The translations under genes were made by a program, and so were the position numbers. From the IMG/VR virus record IMGVR_UViG_3300044825_003205, positions 114,631 through 134,630 of that record: 20,000 nucleotides of DNA. One strand, given 5' to 3'. The notes below the pieces were generated by a model that searched no databases, was not told where the DNA came from, and saw nothing but the letters and a program-made list of their open reading frames with translations. This stretch comes from an uncultured virus (IMG/VR IMGVR_UViG_3300044825_003205). Lineage: Duplodnaviria; Heunggongvirae; Uroviricota; Caudoviricetes. Shown here piece after piece: positions 9,130-17,194 of this stretch (its first letter is position 1; the number at the start of each line of letters is the position of its first letter).

Positions 9130-10355
9130 ATAACAAATCCCTCAGGAGAAATTTTCACTTGTCCTGATTTATTTTCAAATACTAAGTTTTTCTTGTTAGT
9201 TTTACCTAAGAAAATATATGATTTATTTTCTTGTAAAAATTTTTTAGAAGAAAGTTCTTGTTCTATTGTTTCACTTAAGTTCTCAATTGATTTAACTTTC
9301 TTGGCAAACTCAGATTTTCTTTTAATTTCTTCATTTACCATCTTTTCTTTTTTGTCTTTCTTTTCAGAATCAGACATTTCGAAATACTTTGAAATAACCT
9401 TGTCGATTTTTGATTCACTGAAGATACTATCTAAAATTGTATCATGAATAGATGATTCACCCATTTCTTGGTCGACTGCAACATCCATATCTGCTTGTAC
9501 ATCTTCTACTTCAGAATCTCCCGTGATATCTTCTGAACCCATATCTTCCATGTCCATATCCATTTCATCACTTTCCTCATCACTTTCAAACTTAGAAAGA
9601 ACGTCTTCTTTATCTTCATCACTGAGTTGGTTCAAATCAACAGCAGAAATTACCATGTTCAAAACATATTTGATATTTTCCGAAGTCAAACCTTTTTCTT
9701 GTTCATACTCTCTGATTTTCTGAGTTAACTTTCCTGTCAATTTTTGAATTGATTTAAAAGTTATAATATCAGCGTTCTCAGACCCTTGACCCATATCATC
9801 CGCAGGCATTTCTTCAGCACTCATGTCATCTGCCGGCATTTCTTCTGCCGGTAAACCAGCATCATCAGATGGTGGTAAAGCTTCGGGTGAATCTGGAAGT
9901 TGTGGTTCAGGAACTGCAGGTGGTTCCGCTGGTGGGGCCGCTGGCTCATCCATCATCGGTTCATCCATTGCTGGTTGTGGTGTTTTCAAAACAAACTTTT
10001 TTTGTTCACCAAAAAGACTAATCTCTTCATCCTGTCCGTTCAATCTATTTGATTCTTTGATAATTAAGTTTAGTCTTTTCAGAGCTTGAGAATATGAATT
10101 ATAATATTTTCTATTTCTCATCGGTTCAATATAATCAACCTCTGATTCTGAAATATTTTTTTTGATAACATATCCCATTTTCTCCTTAACAATTTGATAC
10201 TCATTACCATCAGATACATTTATTGAATATTCTGTAGTACTGAAAGTATTTGTTTCTGATTTAGGAACTTCATTATATCTGGCAATCTCCATAATTCTGT
10301 TCAACTTCTCTTGTCCAGTCAATTTTTCACTTCCTAACGGTTTTAATTTTCCCAT
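9126..10355 (-). CDS. Hypothetical acidic low-complexity protein (409 aa), candidate prohead core or internal protein
   Basis: Long ORF with Pro/Asp/Glu/Met-rich linkers (EEMPADDM twice). Confidence 0.8.
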   Translation of the reverse strand: MGKLKPLGSEKLTGQEKLNRIMEIARYNEVPKSETNTFSTTEYSINVSDGNEYQIVKEKMGYVIKKNISESEVDYIEPMRNRKYYNSYSQALKRLNLIIKESNRLNGQDEEISLFGEQKKFVLKTPQPAMDEPMMDEPAAPPAEPPAVPEPQLPDSPEALPPSDDAGLPAEEMPADDMSAEEMPADDMGQGSENADIITFKSIQKLTGKLTQKIREYEQEKGLTSENIKYVLNMVISAVDLNQLSDEDKEDVLSKFESDEESDEMDMDMEDMGSEDITGDSEVEDVQADMDVAVDQEMGESSIHDTILDSIFSESKIDKVISKYFEMSDSEKKDKKEKMVNEEIKRKSEFAKKVKSIENLSETIEQELSSKKFLQENKSYIFLGKTNKKNLVFENKSGQVKISPEGFVI

Positions 10356-10380
10356 TTTATAGTGTTATTTTTTTTTATTT

Positions 10381-11289
10381 TTAGTTATTTAATCCGTTAA
10401 ATCCTCCCAATTTTACCGCACTTAAATCAATTACCCAACCTCTTGTTCCTTCAACATAAGCTTGAGGATGTGGAACATCTCCCAAACTCGCATCCCATGT
10501 ACCACCGCTAAAACTACCTTCCATCTGATTTGTATATTCATACTGTACGTTAACGTAGGTTGTACCTATACTAGTTTGGGATGGGGTTATCGTTGGTGTT
10601 GGTGTGGGTGATGATGTTTTGGTTGGAGTAATACTTGGTGTTATTGTGGGTGTGGCAGTTCTTGTCGGTGTTATTGTGGGTGTGGCAGTTCTTGTCGGTG
10701 TTATTGTGGGTGTGGCAGTTATCGTTGGTGTTACTGTTCTTGTTGGAGTGATACTTGGTGTAATTGTAGGTGTTGCAGTTATTGTAGGTGTCACTGTTCT
10801 TGTTGGTGTTATACTTGGTGTAGGGGTAAGTGTTCTTGTTGGTGTTATACTTGGTGTAGGGGTAAGTGTTCTTGTTGGTGTTATACTTGGTGTTATACTT
10901 GGTGTAGGAGTTACTGTTCTTGTTGGAGTTATACTCGGTGTTGGTGTGCGAGTTGTAGTTACAGTGGGTGTTGGAGTTCTTGTTGTCGTAGGAGTAACCG
11001 TAGGAGTTACTGTCGGAGTTATTGTTGGAGTAGGAGTAGGAGTAGGTGTTGGATTTGCACTCAAACATGTTTGACAGTCTCCATAATTAGTACCCAAAGG
11101 ACCTGAAACTTGGTCAACACCTGTTGCAGGTTCTGCTGAATCCACAATTTCATAACAACCCCTAGCAGTTGCACCTGTGAAAATAAGATAATAATTCCCC
11201 CCAACCACAGGTAACGTGGTTGAACTGAATTCAACATTCAATGCTGACCCTCCAGCACACGGGGCTACGAGATATGTGACTAAAGCCAT
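10381..11289 (-). CDS. Thr/Pro-repeat protein with Cys-containing N-terminal domain
   Basis: About 79-aa N-domain (4 Cys including DCQTC), about 157 aa of TPTPSITPTRT-like repeats, about 65-aa C-domain; TATTTAT upstream. Confidence 0.85.
   Translation of the reverse strand: MALVTYLVAPCAGGSALNVEFSSTTLPVVGGNYYLIFTGATARGCYEIVDSAEPATGVDQVSGPLGTNYGDCQTCLSANPTPTPTPTPTITPTVTPTVTPTTTRTPTPTVTTTRTPTPSITPTRTVTPTPSITPSITPTRTLTPTPSITPTRTLTPTPSITPTRTVTPTITATPTITPSITPTRTVTPTITATPTITPTRTATPTITPTRTATPTITPSITPTKTSSPTPTPTITPSQTSIGTTYVNVQYEYTNQMEGSFSGGTWDASLGDVPHPQAYVEGTRGWVIDLSAVKLGGFNGLNN
10580..11052. repeat. Coding tandem repeats (Thr-Pro linker)
   Basis: Exact 30-bp unit GGTGTTATTGTGGGTGTGGCAGTTCTTGTC at 10637, 10667 and 10697 (partial). 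Exact 36-bp unit TGTTCTTGTTGGTGTTATACTTGGTGTAGGGGTAAG at 10795, 10831 and 10867 (partial). Degenerate 6/12-bp periodicity elsewhere. Confidence 0.9.
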
Positions 11290-11338
11290 TTAATTTTTTC
11301 TTTATAAATATACGAAACCACGAAATAAGTAGAAAATA

Positions 11339-12964
11339 TTATGCAAGATTCGAAGAACCTAACTTAGATTTGGATAAGACCATGTCACTTATGTTAGATA
11401 CAGATGAAACTATACTCCTTAATTTGGGTTCATATTCACCCGATGCATATCTATTTCCGTTAACATTTACGAAGTTTCTAAGTAAATCACCCGCTCTTTT
11501 TCCACCAGTCAAATATCTTCTAACCATCAAATCATAATATGCACAAACACCTTCCTGAACTGTTGAAAAATATTTGTTTTTCCCTGAGTCGGTGTTACCA
11601 ACATTGAACGGATTTTTAGTCCTTCTTGGTCTAACTGTTTGATTTTTTGACAGTCCTCCCTCTAACGCTAATTGAGCTAGTGCTAACTCAGGTGGCACGT
11701 ATCCTTGTGAAAAGTATCTTTTAGAACATTCGGCCATCATTTGTCCGTCGACACCAGCATTAGGATTTCGTTTATCAATGAAGTTTTGACAAATCTCAGC
11801 ATAAAGTTTGAAAGCTTCAGGGTCGTTCATATCCAAATAGGTAAAATTACCTTCCTTACCAAATTCTCCTGTAAATTTATTCAATTTAGATTCTGAAAAT
11901 TTGTTCAAAACTAACAAAGCTAAAAGATGTTTTAAATCTTCGGTTTTCATGACTCCATCTTTAATAAGACCTACCGAGTCTTGGAATTTTTCTATTGCTG
12001 CTTTAGTTTCTGGACCAAGTTTACCATCAATTCCCCATTTGGGTAATTTGAAATTCAGAAATTCAAGTCCATCTTGAATCATTCTTACGTCATCATCAAA
12101 TGGGATTTTCATTCCTGGCGTGTATTCAAAAGTTTTTTTAGAATTAACTAATTCTTTCAATTTCTTTAAAAAAGATGAATTCTCAACGGAGTCGATTATT
12201 TCTTTATTTTCCTTTTTGGTGTCTTGTTCATTCAAATGTTGTTCGACAGATAATTCTTTATCTTTGAGTTGATTAATTTTATCAAAAAGATTTTCGATGT
12301 GTTTTGACCTTCTCAAAAACTTGAATACTAAGTTTTCGTAAGACAACTCACCCCCTTTTTCTAAACCACACTTTCTATATTCTTTGAGTTTATCTTTAAT
12401 TGTTTCCAATTTTTCAATACCATCAGTTTCAGAATCTTTAATTGCCGTTTCTATTTTTTCAACCCAACTATCAATTTTATTCACCAAAACATTCTTGTCA
12501 ATTTTTTTAAAATCTTTCTTTGGAACATTAATCCACTCATCATTCGCAACAGAATAAACTGCACTACTCACATGGGATTCTTCTTTATCTTGAGCATAAA
12601 GTTCAACATCATATCCTAATATTTTAATATCGTGAGAATCGTTGAATATTCTCTTTTTCAAATCATATAATTCTTTATATGTTTCAGATTCTTTCTCGTA
12701 TTGTTGTAAATCTATTAAGATGTGTAAATCAAAGTCCGAAAAATTAGACCAGTTATAGTTTGCTAATGAACCAGTCAAGATAATATCTTCAACCACTACA
12801 TCCTCACCCAAATAATCAATAAATTCTTCGGCAATTCTTTCTAAAGCTTTTCTCACTTTAGGTTTCATTTTTGCATCCTTTGGGTCATCGTAGTTATCCC
12901 ATATCTTTGGATTCAATGTTTCTTGGAGAGAGAAACTTTTCAATATTTCTGTAAATTTTCCCAT
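11339..12964 (-). CDS. Fusion protein: Pol-beta-superfamily nucleotidyltransferase + peptidoglycan-binding domain + GH73/lysozyme-like hydrolase
   Basis: NTase motif IILTGS65-66...SD77FD79LHI...VE121LY. PG_binding_1-like DVRMIQDGL...GIDGKLGPETKAAIEKFQ...GL..DG (aa ~291-348). Hydrolase motifs ALAQLALE435GG, NPFNVG, FSTVQEGVCAYY and RYAS. Confidence 0.8.
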   Translation of the reverse strand: MGKFTEILKSFSLQETLNPKIWDNYDDPKDAKMKPKVRKALERIAEEFIDYLGEDVVVEDIILTGSLANYNWSNFSDFDLHILIDLQQYEKESETYKELYDLKKRIFNDSHDIKILGYDVELYAQDKEESHVSSAVYSVANDEWINVPKKDFKKIDKNVLVNKIDSWVEKIETAIKDSETDGIEKLETIKDKLKEYRKCGLEKGGELSYENLVFKFLRRSKHIENLFDKINQLKDKELSVEQHLNEQDTKKENKEIIDSVENSSFLKKLKELVNSKKTFEYTPGMKIPFDDDVRMIQDGLEFLNFKLPKWGIDGKLGPETKAAIEKFQDSVGLIKDGVMKTEDLKHLLALLVLNKFSESKLNKFTGEFGKEGNFTYLDMNDPEAFKLYAEICQNFIDKRNPNAGVDGQMMAECSKRYFSQGYVPPELALAQLALEGGLSKNQTVRPRRTKNPFNVGNTDSGKNKYFSTVQEGVCAYYDLMVRRYLTGGKRAGDLLRNFVNVNGNRYASGEYEPKLRSIVSSVSNISDMVLSKSKLGSSNLA

Positions 12965-12985
12965 ACCAAATAAATAGGCTAATTA

Positions 12986-13228
12986 TTATAGTTTTTTATA
13001 TTTGTGGTTCTTTGCAATTTCTGAAACGAAAAATTTACCCTGTGATTCTGCCATTCTGAATTGTGTGTATAATTTATGTGGTACTTCATCATACTCATAC
13101 TTAAGACCATTATTAAACTCCACAATCAGTTTTTTTGTTTCAGTATCGTATTCTGTTTTTTTTATGTTGGATGATTTGATTTCATTTATAATTTTTGTTC
13201 CAACGATTTCTTCTTTAATAACTCCCAT
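12986..13228 (-). CDS. KTSC domain protein
   Basis: SSNI...YD...KKLIVEFNNG..YEY..VP...Y..F..AESQGKFF...I is the KTSC signature. Confidence 0.9.
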   Translation of the reverse strand: MGVIKEEIVGTKIINEIKSSNIKKTEYDTETKKLIVEFNNGLKYEYDEVPHKLYTQFRMAESQGKFFVSEIAKNHKYKKL

Positions 13229-13286
13229 AATATTTTTTTTTAAATCTATTAATTAATCATATTAAGTATATCTAATAATTATTATC

Positions 13287-13835
13287 ATGGAACTAGAAGA
13301 AATTGGTAGGGAGAAACAACCATTCGGTCAAGGTATCGAGCACCAAATATTCTCATCTCCTAACAAACCTGATGTCATTTTCAAGGTTGGAGAGTGGGAT
13401 GTTATTAATGAATGGTATGATGTATTTAAATCAGACCCTAATATCTTTCCAAGAGTTTATAGACTTGGTAGATTACCAAACAAACAATATTATTACGTGG
13501 AGTTAGAAAAGTTGGACACTCAAAAGTTTGAAGATAATTGGGACGATTTGGAACTCGATTTAGAAGAATTAGGTATATTAGATGTTGATAGAGGAGAAAG
13601 TTTCACTGATTTATATACTTATGAAGGTTCTTCTGCATCAGTTTTTACTGAGATTGGTAAAAAACTATCGAAACATAATCCTGAATTATACAAATTTTAT
13701 ATTGAGTTGTTAACCGTAATAAAAAAGGCGGAAAAAATCCAAAATAAAATTCTTAAAAAAGATACTTTAGTAGATGCTCACAAATATAATTTTGGTTATT
13801 CCAAAGACGGAAAACTTAAATGTTTAGATATATAA
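13287..13835 (+). CDS. Minimal protein-kinase-like (PKL) fold protein
   Basis: Gly loop FGQGIEH, VIFK lysine, FPRVY, VELEKL hinge, catalytic-loop-like DAHKYNF, and LKCLD at the extreme C-terminus. Confidence 0.7.
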   Translation: MELEEIGREKQPFGQGIEHQIFSSPNKPDVIFKVGEWDVINEWYDVFKSDPNIFPRVYRLGRLPNKQYYYVELEKLDTQKFEDNWDDLELDLEELGILDVDRGESFTDLYTYEGSSASVFTEIGKKLSKHNPELYKFYIELLTVIKKAEKIQNKILKKDTLVDAHKYNFGYSKDGKLKCLDI

Positions 13836-13860
13836 AAAACCCTCCGATTTGGAGGGTTTT
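13834..13860. terminator. Bidirectional terminator between the convergent kinase-like and Hsp20 genes
   Basis: AAAAAACCCTCC-GATTT-GGAGGGTTTT. Confidence 0.85.
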
Positions 13861-13863
13861 AAT

Positions 13864-14283
13864 TTAGATGATGTTAATCTTATTTTTTCTTTTTTCAGTG
13901 TCCTTATTGTATTTCGGAATATAAACCGTAAGGATACCGTCAGAAATTGTTGCTTCAATTGTTGAAGAGTTATATGTGTTATTCAATTTAACTCTTTTAC
14001 TTATTGTTTTTTGTTTTTCAACTCCATTAACTTTATATTTTCTTAGTCCTTCCAACACTAATTCAGAACCCTCTACAGTAATTTCTAAATTTTCTTTGTT
14101 AAAACCTGGTACTTCAAAATGAAGATATGCTCCATCTTTTACGTGATTTATTTCATAATCCTCATCTTTTACATACTCTGTTTGCTCGTCAACTGGAACT
14201 AAGCGATAAGTACTTGTGTAATAAGTTGATGGAGAGTTGAAGAACTTGTCAAACATTTTGTTTAAATCATTTCCGTAAATCAT
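13864..14283 (-). CDS. Hsp20 / alpha-crystallin small heat-shock protein
   Basis: EVPGFNKENLEITVEGSELVLEG...IEATISDGILTVYIPK...KINI. Confidence 0.92.
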   Translation of the reverse strand: MIYGNDLNKMFDKFFNSPSTYYTSTYRLVPVDEQTEYVKDEDYEINHVKDGAYLHFEVPGFNKENLEITVEGSELVLEGLRKYKVNGVEKQKTISKRVKLNNTYNSSTIEATISDGILTVYIPKYNKDTEKRKNKINII

Positions 14284-14325
14284 AGTTTTTAATTTTTTTT
14301 AAATTTATTTATTTTCACTGATATA

Positions 14326-14342
14326 TTCAAACAATATACCAA
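14326..14342 (-). promoter_or_regulatory. Sigma54-like (-24/-12) promoter upstream of hsp20
   Basis: TTGGTATATTGTTTGAA has GG-N10-GA spacing, against the consensus TGGCAC-N5-TTGC. Confidence 0.45.
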
Positions 14343-14353
14343 CTCAGTCGATA

Positions 14354-14428
14354 TGACATAATGTCTCATTAATTTTTTATTTAATGACAAGTTGTCTGTT
14401 TCATATTTTTCATCCTGTTTATTTGTCA
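14354..14428. promoter_or_regulatory. Three TGACA-N3-TGTCA-like boxes at 31-bp spacing
   Basis: TGACAtaaTGTCT (14354), TGACAagtTGTCT (14385), TGTTTattTGTCA (14416). Confidence 0.55.
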
Positions 14429-14433
14429 ATAAA

Positions 14434-14465
14434 TTTGTTTGTGTCCGATAATTGATGGATATTTG
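14434..14465 (+). promoter_or_regulatory. Bacteroidota sigma70-like promoter for the Clp ATPase
   Basis: TTTG (14434-14437), 20-nt spacer, GATATTTG (14458-14465); one mismatch. Confidence 0.5.
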
Positions 14466-14493
14466 TAAAAACTAAACATAAAATCTAAAAATT

Positions 14494-16500
14494 ATGAATG
14501 AATTAATGGATGATGATGATAAGCAAACGAGTAAGAAAAAGAATACAGATAGTTCTACTCCCGTTTTAGATAATTTCAGTCGAGATTTAATCAAACTTGC
14601 TGAGATGGGTAAACTCGACCCCGTTATTGGTCGAGAAAAAGAAATTTTGAGAATTGCCCAAATTCTTTCAAGAAGAAAGAAAAATAATCCTGTAATAATT
14701 GGAGAACCTGGTTGTGGTAAAACCGCTATCGTAGAAGGATTGGCCATTAAGATTTATAATGGGGAGTGTCCGAGAAATTTAGTCGATAAAAGGATAGTCG
14801 CTTTAGACCTAACTTCAGTTGTTGCCGGTACAAAGTATCGTGGACAATTTGAAGAAAGGATGAAAGTCATCATGGAAGAACTACAACAAAACCCTAACAT
14901 TATTGTATTCATTGATGAAATACATACATTGGTTGGTTCAGGAAATGCTGCGGGGTCAATGGACGGTTCGAATATATTCAAACCCGCGTTAGCTCGTGGC
15001 GAACTCCAATGCATCGGAGCAACAACCTCTGATGAGTTCCGTAAATCATTCGAGAAAGATGGTGCATTGGAGAGAAGATTTCAAAAAGTTGTGGTTGACT
15101 CTGCAACTGTCGCTGAAACAATAGAAATATTGAAAAATGTTCGCGATAAGTATGAAACCTTCCATAAAGTAACCTACACTGATGAAATAATCGAAACTTG
15201 TGTAAAACTTGCTGACAAGTATATTACAGACAGAGAGTTTCCTGATAAGGCCTTCGATATTTTGGATGAAGTTGGTGCTAGAATGCAAACTGAACTCAAG
15301 GTTCCTGAAGTAATTGATGATTTGAAGAAGAAAGCAGCAGAACTCAGACAAATGAAGATGGACGTGGTTAAAAAACAAAACTACGAACAAGCCGCAGAAC
15401 TGAGGGATAAAGAAAAGAAACTTATCACAAAACTTGAAAGTGAAAAGAAGAAGTTTGAAGAACAACTTCAAAAGGAAAAACAACCAATCACTTTAGAAGA
15501 TGTTTATGATGTTGTTTCCACAATAACCAAAATTCCTGTTTCTAAAATGTCTGTAGACGATGTCAAAACTCTTGTCAACTTGGATAAAGAACTTGTGGGT
15601 AAAGTTATTGGTCAAGACGATGCTGTTCTCAAAATTGTCAAATCAATCAAAAGAAACAGACTTGGAATCAAAGACCCGAATAGACCTATTGGAACATTTG
15701 TATTCTTGGGCTCTACTGGTGTTGGTAAGACCTATTTGGCAAAACAACTCGCTAAAGAAATGTTTGGTAGTGAGGAATCTCTGATTAGGGTTGATATGAG
15801 TGAATACCAAGAGAAACACACTATTTCAAAATTGGTAGGTGCTCCTCCCGGATATGTTGGATATGACGAAGGTGGTCAACTCACTGAGAAGGTGAAAAAT
15901 AAACCTTACGCAGTAATACTTTTCGATGAGGTAGAAAAAGCTCATAAAGATATTTTCTCAATCCTCCTTCAAATCATGGATGATGGTTATGTTACCGATA
16001 GTTTGGGGCGTAAGATTAATTTTAAAAATACCCTCATCATCCTCACATCAAATTTGGGTGTAAAGAAATTTCAAGAATTCGGTGCAGGTATCGGGTTTGG
16101 AACTAACTCATATTCAAATGAGGAAGCGAAGAAACAAATCTTGATGAAAGAAATGAAAAATTTCTTCTCACCAGAATTTCTCAACAGAATAGATGATACC
16201 ATTATGTTTAATACACTATCTGAGGAAGATATCAAGAAAATAACCCGAATAGAGTTAGACAAATTGGTCAATAGATTGTCGGAAATGAAATACAAAATCA
16301 AATACAACGAGTCAGTGGTTGAGTATATTGCAAAAATTGGGTACGATAGTACCTATGGTGCTCGTCCAATGAAAAGAGCAATTCAGGATAAAGTCGAAGA
16401 CTTTTTATCTGAAGAAGTTCTTCTTGGTAAACTTAAAGAGAATACACAATATGTTCTCAAAGTGGAAGAAGAAACAGTTAAGATTACAAAGGGTAAGTAG
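14494..16500 (+). CDS. clpC: ClpC-like Hsp100 AAA+ ATPase lacking the N-terminal Clp-repeat domain
   Basis: NBD1 GEPGCGKT / IIVFIDEIH / AGTKYRGQFEE; short UVR-type middle domain KQNYEQAAELRD; NBD2 GSTGVGKT / VILFDEVEKAH / PPGYVG; ClpP-docking loop GIGF. Confidence 0.92.
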   Translation: MNELMDDDDKQTSKKKNTDSSTPVLDNFSRDLIKLAEMGKLDPVIGREKEILRIAQILSRRKKNNPVIIGEPGCGKTAIVEGLAIKIYNGECPRNLVDKRIVALDLTSVVAGTKYRGQFEERMKVIMEELQQNPNIIVFIDEIHTLVGSGNAAGSMDGSNIFKPALARGELQCIGATTSDEFRKSFEKDGALERRFQKVVVDSATVAETIEILKNVRDKYETFHKVTYTDEIIETCVKLADKYITDREFPDKAFDILDEVGARMQTELKVPEVIDDLKKKAAELRQMKMDVVKKQNYEQAAELRDKEKKLITKLESEKKKFEEQLQKEKQPITLEDVYDVVSTITKIPVSKMSVDDVKTLVNLDKELVGKVIGQDDAVLKIVKSIKRNRLGIKDPNRPIGTFVFLGSTGVGKTYLAKQLAKEMFGSEESLIRVDMSEYQEKHTISKLVGAPPGYVGYDEGGQLTEKVKNKPYAVILFDEVEKAHKDIFSILLQIMDDGYVTDSLGRKINFKNTLIILTSNLGVKKFQEFGAGIGFGTNSYSNEEAKKQILMKEMKNFFSPEFLNRIDDTIMFNTLSEEDIKKITRIELDKLVNRLSEMKYKIKYNESVVEYIAKIGYDSTYGARPMKRAIQDKVEDFLSEEVLLGKLKENTQYVLKVEEETVKITKGK

Positions 16501-16529
16501 AAAAGGGAGGATTTAATCCTCCTTTTTTT
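16501..16529 (+). terminator. Rho-independent terminator after clpC
   Basis: AAAAGGGAGGA-TTTAA-TCCTCCTTTTTTT immediately after the TAG. Confidence 0.85.
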
Positions 16530-16543
16530 ATATTTATCATAGA

Positions 16544-17194
16544 ATGAAAACAAACCTCAGAAAAATTATAAGGGAAGAACTTACGGTTTTGTCAAACTTT
16601 GATAAACTCATCAATTCTTTTAGAAGTGATTTCCCTCAAGACCTTCAAAATAAAGTTGACGGCATATCCTTATATGTAAAAAACTATGTCAGAGAGAATG
16701 GGTTCAATATAAAATTTCTTAATAGTTGCAGGACGGGATTCAAAGGAGTTAGAACTAATAATTTCATAATAATTTGTTCACCGATGCAAATTGAAAACAT
16801 TGGTGATTTTCTTTATACCATTTTTCATGAAATAAGACACGAAGAACAAATGGGTAAATTAAAAATTGATAACCCTTTAACAGGACAATTGGAAGATTTT
16901 GAAAAATTATTCGAAGATTATTGGAAATTAGAGTTGGATGCAGATGAATTTGCTAAGAAAAAAATATCAGAACTTGTTTTAAAATTTGGTATACCAATCG
17001 GCACCGCTAAACAAAATTTCAGACTATCTCCTTATGTCGAAAATTACCCAAGCACTTCTAAAATGGTGAAAAACTATATGAAAACGATAGTTGACGATAT
17101 TAAGAATATGAGAAAATCAGGGATGGAATACAATGATATTGCTGACCATCCTGTTGTCAAAAATCACTTGGAAAAATTAGAAGATTTCTTTTAA
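16544..17194 (+). CDS. Putative zincin-like metalloprotein (HExxH)
   Basis: TIFHEIRHEEQ followed about 27 aa later by LELDADEFA (ExxA third-ligand pattern); TATTTAT 6 nt upstream. Confidence 0.65.
   Translation: MKTNLRKIIREELTVLSNFDKLINSFRSDFPQDLQNKVDGISLYVKNYVRENGFNIKFLNSCRTGFKGVRTNNFIIICSPMQIENIGDFLYTIFHEIRHEEQMGKLKIDNPLTGQLEDFEKLFEDYWKLELDADEFAKKKISELVLKFGIPIGTAKQNFRLSPYVENYPSTSKMVKNYMKTIVDDIKNMRKSGMEYNDIADHPVVKNHLEKLEDFF

Noticed and set aside
10637..10893. 30- and 36-bp repeats as a possible CRISPR array
   Set aside because: The units are directly tandem with no unique spacers, are multiples of 3 and lie in frame within a CDS.
10571..11074. Val/Gly-repeat ORF (+) and Asn/Thr/Tyr-repeat ORF (-)
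   Set aside because: Alternative frames of the Thr/Pro repeat, kept open by low complexity. Only 10381..11289 has unique flanking domains and a promoter element.
11339..12964. Calling the NTase a CBASS CD-NTase or a CCA-adding enzyme
   Set aside because: Only the superfamily catalytic motif is visible. There are no cap effector genes and no recognisable CCA-enzyme body domains, so the substrate cannot be assigned.
14306..14312. Plus-strand TATTTAT in the hsp20 leader
   Set aside because: Antisense to hsp20 and about 180 nt from clpC in a very AT-rich tract; likely chance.
14472..16307. Several short ORFs overlapping clpC
   Set aside because: Shadow frames of a strongly conserved gene.
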